From NCBI RefSeq assembly GCF_964355755.1, contig NC_092670.1, positions 20,012,795-20,076,794 of the forward strand: a stretch of DNA of 64,000 bases. The letters run 5' to 3'. The position numbers and the translations under genes were made by a program. Below, piece after piece: positions 38,132 to 51,064 of the stretch (its first letter is position 1; each line of letters starts with the position of its first letter). This DNA comes from Antedon mediterranea (lineage: Eukaryota > Animalia > Echinodermata). The notes beneath the pieces are model-generated. The model was given only the letters and a program-made list of their open reading frames with translations. It made no database searches and was not told where the DNA came from.

Positions 38132-39212
38132 TTACATAATACAGTAGCCAAATCAAACAAGATACTGTCGTGTTTCATGGAGTAACTTTCTCCCGGATTA
38201 TGAAATAAAAAAAGAGTCAATATTTAATAAATAATTAACGTTTCGTGCCTGTTTGAACACCTGGTGATAGCCTATATTATCTTTTTTATTGCATGATCAT
38301 ATTTATTGAGGAAAATCCGATTGTCCTATTGGCCCAAATCGACTGCAATGCATCGCCTACAATCCGGGGCTGCATGCAGTAGGCCTACACACCCCTACTC
38401 GACAGATAGGTCTTTACGAGAACACCGTTCATTACGCGGACCAGGCTACGTTAGCGTTACGGTTAGGCAATTTGGTTTTGACAAGCAATTACTGTCAGTG
38501 CTTTGTAAGTTATTGTGATTTTATTGCCCTGGAGTGTCATTTGAGCCACAAGTTCTAACTACAAGTCCTGCCCACTGGAGGTTGGTCTAACCTGAGATGA
38601 TTCGCATGGAAGAGCTTGAGTCATTCTCTTTGGCCTCGATGACCTTTGCGCGGGCTACCTAGAATTCTCATGGGCCATTAAATATTCAGTTTCAACTTTT
38701 AGATTTTATGTGGTTTGAGACTTTGTTGAGCATTTTTAAAAATGTGTATAGGCCTACTACAGTACATAATATTAATATTTAATCAAAGATAAGAACAATA
38801 ATGCAATATACATTGAGATATAAATGATGTAAAATAAACCATAAAGATTAATACAATAAACTACAAATAGCCAATTTTTAAATTTTAATGGAAAAAAATG
38901 ATTGACCTATGAAAGAACCCTAAAATAAACATATAAACAAAAATAAACGCCAAGTGATGATAACCAATTTAAATTAATACACATTCAAAAGTTTTATCAT
39001 CATGTAAATAATTATCTTAAATTAAAAATGAAAGATATATTTAGGTTAACAAATTGAATATAATATGTTTCCTTTTTTCTTATCACTCTTGAAAAGTAAT
39101 GTTATCTGTTATCTGCCAGAGTCACATGTTCTGACCCTTTCCTTCATTTGTTTAGCTCTGTGATGAATACTCTGATATTTTTTTTCGTAAAATGCTAAAA
39201 ATAAGTGTGTAT

Positions 39213-40440
39213 GTTTTTTACCCTGCCACTGTTTTAGTACAACACAATTTTGTGTACCCTGCCACTGTTTTGTATCCCTGCCACCATTTTTGTATCCCTG
39301 CAATCTTATTTTTTCCCAGAAACTTTGTATACAACACAAGTTTTTGTATCCTAGACCACTGCTTGGTCGTACCGTCTCTGTTTTTGTACCCTGACACCGT
39401 TTTTGTTCCCTGCAACTGTTTTGTACCCTGCCACCGTTTTTGTACCCTGCTACTGTTTTTGTACCATGCTCCAGTTTTTGTACCCAGCTGCCATCGTGTT
39501 TGTACCCTGCCACTGTTTTTGTACCCTGCCACTCTTTTTATACCCTGCCACCGTTTTTGTACCCTGTGACTGTTTTTGTACCCTGCGACTGTTTTTATAG
39601 CCTGCCACCGTTTTTGTATCCTGCCACCGTTTTTGTATCCCTGCCACCGTTTTTGTACCACTGTCATCGTCTTTTTTCCCAAACACTTTGTATACAACAC
39701 AAGTTTTTGTACCCTAGACCACTGCTTGTCATACCCTGTCTCTGTTTTTGTACCCTGATACCGTTTTTGTACCATGTCACCGTTTTTGTACCCTGCCACT
39801 ATTTTTGTACCTTGCCACTGTTTTTGTACCCATCTGCCATCGTTTTTGTACCCTGCCACCGTTTTTGTACCCAGCTGCCATCGATTTTGTACTGCCACCG
39901 TTTTTGTACCCTGCCACTTTTTTTGTACCCTGCAACCGTTTTTGTACCCTGCTACTGTTTGTGTACTTTGCCACTGTTTACGTACCCTGCGACTGTTATT
40001 GTACTCAGCTGCCATTGTTTTTGTACCCTGCCATCGTTTTTGTACCCTGCCACCGTTTTTGTACCCTGCCACTGTTTTTGTACCCTGCCACCGTTTTTGT
40101 ATCCTGCCACCGTTTTTTTACCCTGCCACTGTTTTTGTACCGAGCTGCTATCGTTTTTGTACCCTGCCACCGTTTTTGTACCCTGCACTGTTTTTGTACC
40201 CTGCTCATTTTTTGTACCCAACTGCCATCGATGTTGTACCCTGCCACTGTTTTTGTACCCTGCCACCGTTTTTGTACCCTGCCACCATTTTTGTACCCTC
40301 CACTGTTTTTGTACCCTGCTCATTTTTTGTACCCAACTGCCATCGATGTTGTACCCTGCCACTGTTTTTGTACCCTGCCACTTTTTTTGTACCCAGCTGC
40401 CATCGTTTTTGTACCCTGCCACTGTTTGTACCCTTCCACC
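39213..40440 (+). repeat. 19-bp satellite (TTTTTGTACCCTGCCAC(C/T)G)n, block 1
   Basis: Directly visible tandem array with 18- and 22-bp variant monomers. Confidence 0.95.
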
Positions 40441-40615
40441 AGGGCCTTCCAGCCTCTTAAACACTGTCTGACATACAAAGATATTTTAAGTCATTTTGTG
40501 AAAGATATACTTTCCCATTAAATTAAATAAATGGAATATCACAACCACTAAGTATTTATTCCTGTATAAGGTCAGCAATCAGATTTCCCGCGAACTATTG
40601 TATAAAATCAGTGAC

Positions 40616-41885
40616 GCTGTTTTTGTACACTGCCACCATTTTTGTACCCTGCCACCGTTTTTGTACCCTGCCACTGTTTTTGTACCCAGCTGCCATCGTT
40701 TTTGTACCCTGCCATCGTTTTTGTACCCTGCCACCGTTTTTGTACCCTGCCACTGTTTTTGTACCCTGCCATCGTTTTTGTATCCTGCCACCGTTTTTGT
40801 ACCCTGCCACTGTTTTTGTACCGAGCTGCTATCGTTTTTGTACCCTGCCACCGTTTTTGTACCCTGCCACCGTTTTTGTACCCTCCACTGTTTTTGTACC
40901 CTGCCACCGTTTTTGTACCCTCCACTGTTTTTGTACCCTGCTCATTTTTTTGTACTCAACTGCCATCGATGTTGTACCCTGCCACTGTTTTTGTACCCTG
41001 CCACTGTTTTTGTACCCTGCCACTTTTTTTGTACCCAGCTGCCATCGTTTTTGTACCCTGCCACCGTTTTTGTACCCTGCCACCGTTTTTGTACCCTTCC
41101 ACTATTTTTGTACCCTGCCACTGTTTTTGTACCCATCTGCCATCATTTTTGTACCCTGCCACCGTTTTTGTACCCTGTCACTGTTTTTGTACCCTGTTAC
41201 TGTTTTTGTACCCAGCTGCCATCTATTTTGTACCCTGTCACCGTTTTTGTACCCTCCACTGTTTTTGTACCCTGCCACCGTTTTTGTACCCTCCACTGTT
41301 TTTGTACCCTGCTCATTTTTTTGTACTCAACTGCCATCGATGTTGTACCCTGCCACTGTTTTTGTACCCTGCCACTGTTTTTGTACCCTGCCACTTTTTT
41401 TGTACCCAGCTGCCATCGTTTTTGTACCCTGCCACCGTTTTTGTACCCTGCCACCATTTTTGTACCCTTCCACTATTTTTGTACCCTGCCACTGTTTTTG
41501 TACCCATCTGCCATCGTTTTTGTACCCTGCCACCGTTTTTGTACCCTGTCACTGTTTTTGTACCCTGTTACTGTTTTTGTACCCAGCTGCCATCTATTTT
41601 TTACCCTGTCACCGTTTTTGTACCCTGCCACTGTTTTTGTACCCTGCTACTGTTTTTGTACCCTGCTACTGTTTTTGTACCCTGCTACTGTTTTTGTACC
41701 CAGCTGCCATCGATTTTGTACCCTGCCACCGTTTTTGTACCCTGTCGCTGTTTGTGTACTCTGCCACTGTTTTTGTACCCTGCCACTGTTTTTATACCCT
41801 GCCACCGTTTTTGTACCCAGTCAATGTTTTTGTACAAAACAATTTTTTTTTTACAAGTGTTGTACCCAGAAACTGTTTTTGTAAT
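40616..41885 (+). repeat. 19-bp satellite, block 2
   Basis: Same monomer; includes a 371-bp higher-order repeat. Confidence 0.95.
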
Positions 41886-42869
41886 GTTGTCATCGTTTTA
41901 TAACAATTTTATACAATGTAAAATAGAACAAAATACGTGATAATTGCAAATAAATATAATTTCATTTTCAATTTAATTTTATTTCCTCAATATAATAACA
42001 TACATACAGGATAATAAATGCAATGAAGTAATCACGTGAGGAGAGAGTCATAATAAGTCAGTCAGTAAGTTTGACCCACCACGAAATATAACATTAAATA
42101 CGAATACGAAAAAAAATATATATATATATACATAAACTAATAATAAATAAAAGAAAACAAAGCTACAATTTATGCATATTCTCTGTTATACTCATTACTT
42201 ACTAAATGTTTACTGTTAACATGATATTGTTCTCATCCTTTAACATTAATATTAATATTTTTGTTCTTTAATGTTTACAAAACTTTTATTTCCAGCAGAT
42301 TATCCTTTTTTTGCACTATAACTTCTTAAATTTTCATTTAACTTTTTTACTTTCTTCTCTTATGTGGATTCATTCCACTTTTTTTTTTACTTATTTTCTT
42401 TAAAAAAACTATTTCCATATATCATTTTGTTTATACATACATTATCATTTAACCACATTGATTACATAGTTTCCTCTTTTTATACATATTATCTATTACA
42501 CATTTTCATTAACAAAGCTTATTTTTTCTTACATAGTTGTTTTTTTTCATCTACATGCATATTTATTTCATACAATTATAATACGTTTATGTTTACTAAA
42601 TCCATCCCATGGGTTTGTCCCATTTTATTTTTCTTTGGATTTATCTATGCAAACATTTACTAACTTTTTACTGTTAACATTATATTTTCCTCATCCTTTA
42701 ACATTGATTTTTTTGATCTTTAAATGTTTACAAAATTTATTTCCAACAGATTATCCTTTTTTGCATCTACAGTATAACCCATCAAAGTTTCATTTAACTT
42801 TTTTTTTCTTATGTGGGTTCATTCAATTTTTAATTATTCATGATCTAACGTTATTACATAAAAGGTGGT

Positions 42870-43360
42870 GGTGGTCAAGCTAGCTCTGCAGGTGACGGCC
42901 GCCGCATGCATATCTCGCCAGTTTCCCGTATTCTTATGTTGTTCGTTTTGTAATATGCGGCTGAACATGTATCCAAACGCGTAAATAGCGCTGTGCTCTG
43001 ATGGTACTTCGACACCAGAAATTACTTCTGGTGCAGTCCATGGAAAGCATTTCTTCCACCTAATCTTCTCCTCCGACTCCGTCCGGTCCGAAACGCCTTG
43101 CCATAATCTATTGTTACAGGTATAAATTAATTTTACCATCAATCATGAAGCACGTACCACGTTATTACCTGTAAGAGAAAAGACAATTGGGAAAATGAGA
43201 AAATAACTGTAAAATAATCACTGAATTGTGTATGGTATAATTGAATTTAATGTATGATAATGAAAAATTAGTGGCTTAATAAAAAAAAATTACGCATAGG
43301 CCTATAACAGATTCTTACTATTGATATCATTATGGACATAATCCTGAGTTGTGGAAATTA
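42870..43360 (-). pseudogene. Decayed, spliced protein-kinase gene fragment, copy 1
   Basis: Minus strand: DYVHNDIN, then a GT-AG intron (43169-43318), then SNNVV, IDYGKA, FPWTAPEV and SAIYAFGYMF, i.e. kinase subdomains VIb-IX with a stop and frameshifts. Confidence 0.7.
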
Positions 43361-43952
43361 GGATATTTTATACGAATATTAGGCCTACTGATATACTGTA
43401 AATAAGACCTCTTTAGTCCTACTTCACACGTTTACGTAGATCTATCTGATAAGAATTTGTTAATTATTTTATTTTTATCGGCACGTTGATTTCTACCTAC
43501 CATGCAAACGCATGTAGCAAGTCAGATTTTCCTCCACAATGAATCTTCCGAGAAAGATCTTTTATTTATTTTCGATGCGCTTCCATTCAATTTTAAAATC
43601 GCTTTGATGCCTGCCGCCTCAATCCATCAAGAGGAATGGCGGGGGATATTTGAACTCCGTGGTATATCTGGCTTAGGCCTAACCCTTTTGCGATTAATTC
43701 TTTCTAATAGTTCTGTTGTATGCTACATTTTCTTCCGCGGGCTCGTCGTTTATATTATCAAGTAGACGGTCATTGATGACCGAGTCTACGCATTTATCTC
43801 GTATAAAATCGCGTAGAGTTATCAAATTTAAATTGTGTTTATTTGTATCAATTATGTATGTTTGTTGCTGCTGTACATTGTCTACAAGATGTCCACCACC
43901 CAACAACAGGTGAATAAAACATGAAACACTGATATGCTTTCGTGATACATTT

Positions 43953-45965
43953 AGCTGCCATCGATTTTGTACTGCCACCGTTTTTGTACCCTGCCACTTT
44001 TTTTGTACCCTGCAACCGTTTTTGTACCCTGCTACTGTTTGTGTACTTTGCCACTGTTTACGTACCCTGCGACTGTTATTGTACTCAGCTGCCATTGTTT
44101 TTGTACCCTGCCATCGTTTTTGTACCCTGCCACCGTTTTTGTACCCTGCCACTGTTTTTGTACCCTGCCACCGTTTTTGTATCCTGCCACCGTTTTTTTA
44201 CCCTGCCACTGTTTTTGTACCGAGCTGCTATCGTTTTTGTACCCTGCCACCGTTTTTGTACCCTGCACTGTTTTTGTACCCTGCTCATTTTTTGTACCCA
44301 ACTGCCATCGATGTTGTACCCTGCCACTGTTTTTGTACCCTGCCACCGTTTTTGTACCCTGCCACCATTTTTGTACCCTCCACTGTTTTTGTACCCTGCT
44401 CATTTTTTGTACCCAACTGCCATCGATGTTGTACCCTGCCACTGTTTTTGTACCCTGCCACTTTTTTTGTACCCAGCTGCCATCGTTTTTGTACCCTGCC
44501 ACTGTTTGTACCCTTCCACCAGGGCCTTCCAGCCTCTTAAACACTGTCTGACATACAAAGATATTTTAAGTCATTTTGTGAAAGATATACTTTCCCATTA
44601 AATTAAATAAATGGAATATCACAACCACTAAGTATTTATTCCTGTATAAGGTCAGCAATCAGATTTCCCGCGAACTATTGTATAAAATCAGTGACGCTGT
44701 TTTTGTACACTGCCACCATTTTTGTACCCTGCCACCGTTTTTGTACCCTGCCACTGTTTTTGTACCCAGCTGCCATCGTTTTTGTACCCTGCCATCGTTT
44801 TTGTACCCTGCCACCGTTTTTGTACCCTGCCACTGTTTTTGTACCCTGCCATCGTTTTTGTATCCTGCCACCGTTTTTGTACCCTGCCACTGTTTTTGTA
44901 CCGAGCTGCTATCGTTTTTGTACCCTGCCACCGTTTTTGTACCCTGCCACCGTTTTTGTACCCTCCACTGTTTTTGTACCCTGCCACCGTTTTTGTACCC
45001 TCCACTGTTTTTGTACCCTGCTCATTTTTTTGTACTCAACTGCCATCGATGTTGTACCCTGCCACTGTTTTTGTACCCTGCCACTGTTTTTGTACCCTGC
45101 CACTTTTTTTGTACCCAGCTGCCATCGTTTTTGTACCCTGCCACCGTTTTTGTACCCTGCCACCGTTTTTGTACCCTTCCACTATTTTTGTACCCTGCCA
45201 CTGTTTTTGTACCCATCTGCCATCATTTTTGTACCCTGCCACCGTTTTTGTACCCTGTCACTGTTTTTGTACCCTGTTACTGTTTTTGTACCCAGCTGCC
45301 ATCTATTTTGTACCCTGTCACCGTTTTTGTACCCTCCACTGTTTTTGTACCCTGCCACCGTTTTTGTACCCTCCACTGTTTTTGTACCCTGCTCATTTTT
45401 TTGTACTCAACTGCCATCGATGTTGTACCCTGCCACTGTTTTTGTACCCTGCCACTGTTTTTGTACCCTGCCACTTTTTTTGTACCCAGCTGCCATCGTT
45501 TTTGTACCCTGCCACCGTTTTTGTACCCTGCCACCATTTTTGTACCCTTCCACTATTTTTGTACCCTGCCACTGTTTTTGTACCCATCTGCCATCGTTTT
45601 TGTACCCTGCCACCGTTTTTGTACCCTGTCACTGTTTTTGTACCCTGTTACTGTTTTTGTACCCAGCTGCCATCTATTTTTTACCCTGTCACCGTTTTTG
45701 TACCCTGCCACTGTTTTTGTACCCTGCTACTGTTTTTGTACCCTGCTACTGTTTTTGTACCCTGCTACTGTTTTTGTACCCAGCTGCCATCGATTTTGTA
45801 CCCTGCCACCGTTTTTGTACCCTGTCGCTGTTTGTGTACTCTGCCACTGTTTTTGTACCCTGCCACTGTTTTTATACCCTGCCACCGTTTTTGTACCCAG
45901 TCAATGTTTTTGTACAAAACAATTTTTTTTTTACAAGTGTTGTACCCAGAAACTGTTTTTGTAAT
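43953..45965 (+). repeat. 19-bp satellite blocks in the second duplication unit
   Basis: Identical to 39873-41885 at offset 4080, including the ~175-bp spacer. Confidence 0.95.
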
Positions 45966-46948
45966 GTTGTCATCGTTTTATAACAATTTTATACAATGTA
46001 AAATAGAACAAAATACGTGATAATTGCAAATAAATATAATTTCATTTTCAATTTAATTTTATTTCCTCAATATAATAACATACATACAGGATAATAAATG
46101 CAATGAAGTAATCACGTGAGGAGAGAGTCATAATAAGTCAGTCAGTAAGTTTGACCCACCACGAAATATAACATTAAATACGAATACGAAAAAAAATATA
46201 TATATATATACATAAACTAATAATAAATAAAAGAAAACAAAGCTACAATTTATGCATATTCTCTGTTATACTCATTACTTACTAAATGTTTACTGTTAAC
46301 ATGATATTGTTCTCATCCTTTAACATTAATATTAATATTTTTGTTCTTTAATGTTTACAAAACTTTTATTTCCAGCAGATTATCCTTTTTTTGCACTATA
46401 ACTTCTTAAATTTTCATTTAACTTTTTTACTTTCTTCTCTTATGTGGATTCATTCCACTTTTTTTTTACTTATTTTCTTTAAAAAAACTATTTCCATATA
46501 TCATTTTGTTTATACATACATTATCATTTAACCACATTGATTACATAGTTTCCTCTTTTTATACATATTATCTATTACACATTTTCATTAACAAAGCTTA
46601 TTTTTTCTTACATAGTTGTTTTTTTTCATCTACATGCATATTTATTTCATACAATTATAATACGTTTATGTTTACTAAATCCATCCCATGGGTTTGTCCC
46701 ATTTTATTTTTCTTTGGATTTATCTATGCAAACATTTACTAACTTTTTACTGTTAACATTATATTTTCCTCATCCTTTAACATTGATTTTTTTGATCTTT
46801 AAATGTTTACAAAATTTATTTCCAACAGATTATCCTTTTTTGCATCTACAGTATAACCCATCAAAGTTTCATTTAACTTTTTTTTTCTTATGTGGGTTCA
46901 TTCAATTTTTAATTATTCATGATCTAACGTTATTACATAAAAGGTGGT

Positions 46949-47439
46949 GGTGGTCAAGCTAGCTCTGCAGGTGACGGCCGCCGCATGCATATCTCGCCAG
47001 TTTCCCGTATTCTTATGTTGTTCGTTTTGTAATATGCGGCTGAACATGTATCCAAACGCGTAAATAGCGCTGTGCTCTGATGGTACTTCGACACCAGAAA
47101 TTACTTCTGGTGCAGTCCATGGAAAGCATTTCTTCCACCTAATCTTCTCCTCCGACTCCGTCCGGTCCGAAACGCCTTGCCATAATCTATTGTTACAGGT
47201 ATAAATTAATTTTACCATCAATCATGAAGCACGTACCACGTTATTACCTGTAAGAGAAAAGACAATTGGGAAAATGAGAAAATAACTGTAAAATAATCAC
47301 TGAATTGTGTATGGTATAATTGAATTTAATGTATGATAATGAAAAATTAGTGGCTTAATAAAAAAAAATTACGCATAGGCCTATAACAGATTCTTACTAT
47401 TGATATCATTATGGACATAATCCTGAGTTGTGGAAATTA
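46949..47439 (-). pseudogene. Decayed, spliced protein-kinase gene fragment, copy 2
   Basis: Identical to 42870-43360 at offset 4079. Confidence 0.7.
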
Positions 47440-48957
47440 GGATATTTTATACGAATATTAGGCCTACTGATATACTGTAAATAAGACCTCTTTAGTCCTA
47501 CTTCACACGTTTACGTAGATCTATCTGATAAGAATTTGTTAATTATTTTATTTTTATCGGCACGTTGATTTCTACCTACCATGCAAACGCATGTAGCAAG
47601 TCAGATTTTCCTCCACAATGAATCTTCCGAGAAAGATCTTTTATTTATTTTCGATGCGCTTCCATTCAATTTTAAAATCGCTTTGATGCCTGCCGCCTCA
47701 ATCCATCAAGAGGAATGGCGGGGGATATTTGAACTCCGTGGTATATCTGGCTTAGGCCTAACCCTTTTGCGATTAATTCTTTCTAATAGTTCTGTTGTAT
47801 GCTACATTTTCTTCCGCGGGCTCGTCGTTTATATTATCAAGTAGACGGTCATTGATGACCGAGTCTACGCATTTATCTCGTATAAAATCGCGTAGAGTTA
47901 TCAAATTTAAATTGTGTTTATTTGTATCAATTATGTATGTTTGTTGCTGCTGTACATTGTCTACAAGATGTCCACCACCCAACAACAGGTGAATAAAACA
48001 TGAAACACTAATATGCTTTCGTGATACATTTATAGCACTGTTCGGAAGTACTCATGATTGTCTATCAATCCATTTTGTTCCCAAAATCGATCAATTCAAA
48101 GGGCTTCCAGCCTTTAAAACGCTGCCTGATGACATACGAAATTTTGTGAAAGATATATACTTTCCCATTAAATTTAATAAATTGAATATCACACGGCCAT
48201 CCCAATTCCCTAACAAAACTATTGTTCATGTTTAAAAGTATTTATTTAATGTGTCTGTAGTTCTAGTTAAATTGCTTTGCATAAAGCAGCATTGAGAAAT
48301 ATTTAGATTATTATTATAAACAACCACTAAAGTATTTATTGGTGTATAAGGTCAGAAATCAAATTTCTTGCAAACTATTTTATAAAATCAGTGACCTATC
48401 TAATAGTAAATTGATTGGTTAATACCCAGTCAGTGAGGACCTGATTGACAAGCAGTGCCTGTTTCTTCTTCTTCTTCTTCGTATTAGGAGCCAACTTCAT
48501 ATGTGAAGACTCTGCTCCTCCAACTCTGTTTTGCTAGCTCTACTGTATTTGGTTGTGTATTATTGTTCTATTTAGTTATTCTTTTACAGAGAGAAACTGA
48601 CTGCCTTATTTATTTATAATTATTATTATTAATTATCATTATTATTATTATTATTTTTTTTAATTTTTTTTTTTTTTTTTTTTTTCTTTCCTCTCTTTTT
48701 TTCCCCTTACTTCTCCTTTCACTTTTCTTTGCTATTGGTCATTGGTAAGAGGAAGTTGAAAATGGACAGCAAGTTATTCTTAACACTTGCAGTCTTAAAT
48801 AAACACGCTGGCATCTTTATTACACCACAGAGTATTATTCCTGTCAACTTATACCACAATTGACATGTTGAGGGGATAGGTCATCCACTGATTCAGTGGA
48901 TGCCAAACGTAACGCTAAAGTAGCCTGGTCCGCGTAATGCGTAGTGTAATTAAACCA

Positions 48958-50593
48958 TCATACTGTAATAGTTTGTTCTAGCAAGTTCTTTAAGTTGTAG
49001 AAAGTTGAATTAGCAGTCGCCAAATTGCCATTTTGAAAAGTGTTTGAGCACTGATGAAGTAGCGCATCAAGTCTGCTTGCCACTTCCTTAGGAGGAGATC
49101 GTAGTATGCCTGGATGGAGGCTATCACCAATAAATATTTTCTTGCAAACAACCTGGAACAAGAAAAGAAATTATTTTGTCACGTGAACATTCTCACACGG
49201 GTGTAATTGGTGGATTCTGACACTTGACCTAACTTATAATCGTCAAAATTATAAATAAATCTGTACCTACTTGAAAATTGGAGTTTATTCGATACGGTTT
49301 ACATTTTCCAATATTTTCATCGCATTCTGTTATGCAATCAAAAAACCGACATGCAGATTGTGCCGTTTCTTTTGTACATCTTCGCTTCCTCATAAAGTTT
49401 TCCACAGTTTGCTTAAAATATGCCATGTCTACATCAATCGCTTTAACTACGAAATCATCAGTCACGCCAAAGTTTGGATGCTTAATGTCGCAAAGATAAA
49501 ATACATCGTGAAAGTGTTCCTCAAACGTACGAAGCATTGATAGAAAGGCTAAGGCAAGTTTTACCCGATGATTCCAAGTCCATGAGGTTAAACTAGACAC
49601 CTCTTGAAGCCCAGAAGCACTAGGGTTGAGGGTCCATGGTGGTGGTGTATATTCGACAAGATACATATGTCCACAGGTGCCTAGTACGTCAGGGAAATTT
49701 AAAATGTCTGTATAGAATTGGAGAAACAAATATTCTCTCTGTAAACCTAAGGAACCAATACTTATTATTTCTTCCTTCCCAAAATTAAAAGAATTCCCTG
49801 TCCACATCTTTTTGTAGACATCATCAAAATTAAATGTTGTAGGCTGTACATATTTTTTAATCTGACTAGAAAGTTTATTTCGTAACAAATTCAAACTTGT
49901 CTGTTTGTCAAATTTCCCACTATTATCTAGGGTTACTCTAAGCTTATTTAAATCCGGAATAAAGTTTTCTAGATATGGGTTGAGTGATTTAAGCATCACA
50001 GGACGACCATTCCAGTCCATCTTTAGGGCTAGCTTTCGATGCCGATAGTTAAAGCATTCTTGATATTTGAATTCATCAGAAACACAAAGTGCATGGCAAA
50101 TATTCCCATCAATTAAACCATTCCTGTAATGGTCGCACTGAAAGAGAAGTTAAACACGTTAAAAATATTAACAGAAAGAATGATTTTCTTTATCTATAAA
50201 GCCAACATTATCAAACTTTATGTGACAAAAAATGTGATGTGCCCATATATGGACATGATGATGTCATATCACTACCAACTTTGGGCATATCACTTCCATA
50301 TTTGGGCACATCACATTTTTTGTCAAACTATTCTAGTAGACATGAGAGCTTAACGTATGAATGATCTGTTGCATGAATACTTCGCTGTGTAATATAAGAC
50401 TCATTTAGTGTCTTTTCATGAAAACCCCCAAAAACCCAAAATATTCCTTCTTGAATCTTACCAATTTATGCAGCGCATCTTTTGCCCATTCCTTATCACA
50501 ATATATTATAAAAATCAACTTGTATAAAAGTTGTAGAGATAGAGCTCCAAGAACAAATATAAGAAACCCTCGTTTTGAACATCTTTGTCTCAT
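48958..50593 (-). CDS. DIPK1: Divergent protein kinase domain 1 (FAM69/DIPK1 family), type II membrane protein, 397 aa
   Basis: Exons 50462-50593 (MRQR... plus TM segment), 49271-50137 and 48958-49152 splice in frame (1194 nt) with GT-AG introns. Motifs: Cys-rich C..Y..G.I.G..C..LC, DW.GRPVMLKS, QREYLFLQ, LGTCGHMY, YLCDIKHPNFG, IDVDMAYF, CRFFDC...C, NSNFQVVC. The paralog (A/B/C) cannot be assigned. Confidence 0.9.
50199..50350. mobile_element. MITE family A copy in DIPK1 intron 1
   Basis: TATCAAACTTTATGTGACAAAAAATGTGATGTGCCCATATATGGACATG...GGGCACATCACATTTTTTGTCAAAC...GAGCTTAA. Confidence 0.75.
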
Positions 50594-50917
50594 ATCGGCA
50601 ACAGGCTAAAGTTTCTAGAAACCATTGAATCTTGGTCTATCCTTTTGTAAAGAAACACAGTTTAGTAAGTTTATGTTATTTATGGAAAACTACTGTTTTC
50701 CCGGCTATCAATCAAGGCTACCGAAGCAAGTAGTTGAAACTTTCATGGGTGTAGTGTTTACGTAGTTATGTATGTAAATAGCCTACTTGATCTGCAAGTT
50801 GCATTATTTGCATATTGGTCTGCAGATGGTCAGTCCTTTATAATAACGGGGCATACAACGACACAGACAGAATAGCCCATATAATTTATAACGGTGAAAA
50901 CATTTACAGATTCGGAC

Positions 50918-51064
50918 CCGGTTGGCATTATTTTTTTCCTATGCAATTAAGGCAGAAATAATGAACAGCGCCCTCTATAATGTCTTATATTATGTCATAA
51001 TTATTCTAATGAACTATTCATGATTTGCCTTAATTGCATAGGAAACAAAAATAATGCACTCGGG
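50918..51064. mobile_element. Short palindromic MITE-like element
   Basis: GCATTATTTTTTTCCTATGCAATTAAGGCA ... TGCCTTAATTGCATAGGAAACAAAAATAATGC inverted arms. Confidence 0.55.

Larger units (their letters stand above)
39873..48032 (+). repeat. Near-identical 4.08-kb tandem duplication (39873-43952 / 43953-48032)
   Basis: The sequence and ORF track repeat at offset 4080, then 4079 after a 1-nt T-run difference near 42380/46460. One further G/A difference is seen at 43931/48010. Confidence 0.95.

Noticed and set aside
39213-45965. CRISPR-like appearance of the repeat arrays
   Set aside because: Monomers are directly adjacent with no unique spacers, there are no cas genes, and the context is eukaryotic.
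39109-46020. Many long overlapping ORFs (up to 432 aa; FLYPATVFVPCHRFCTL / AGYKNGGRVQKRWQGTKT)
   Set aside because: They are translations of the stop-free 19-bp satellite in all six frames, with no frame preference and no domain content.
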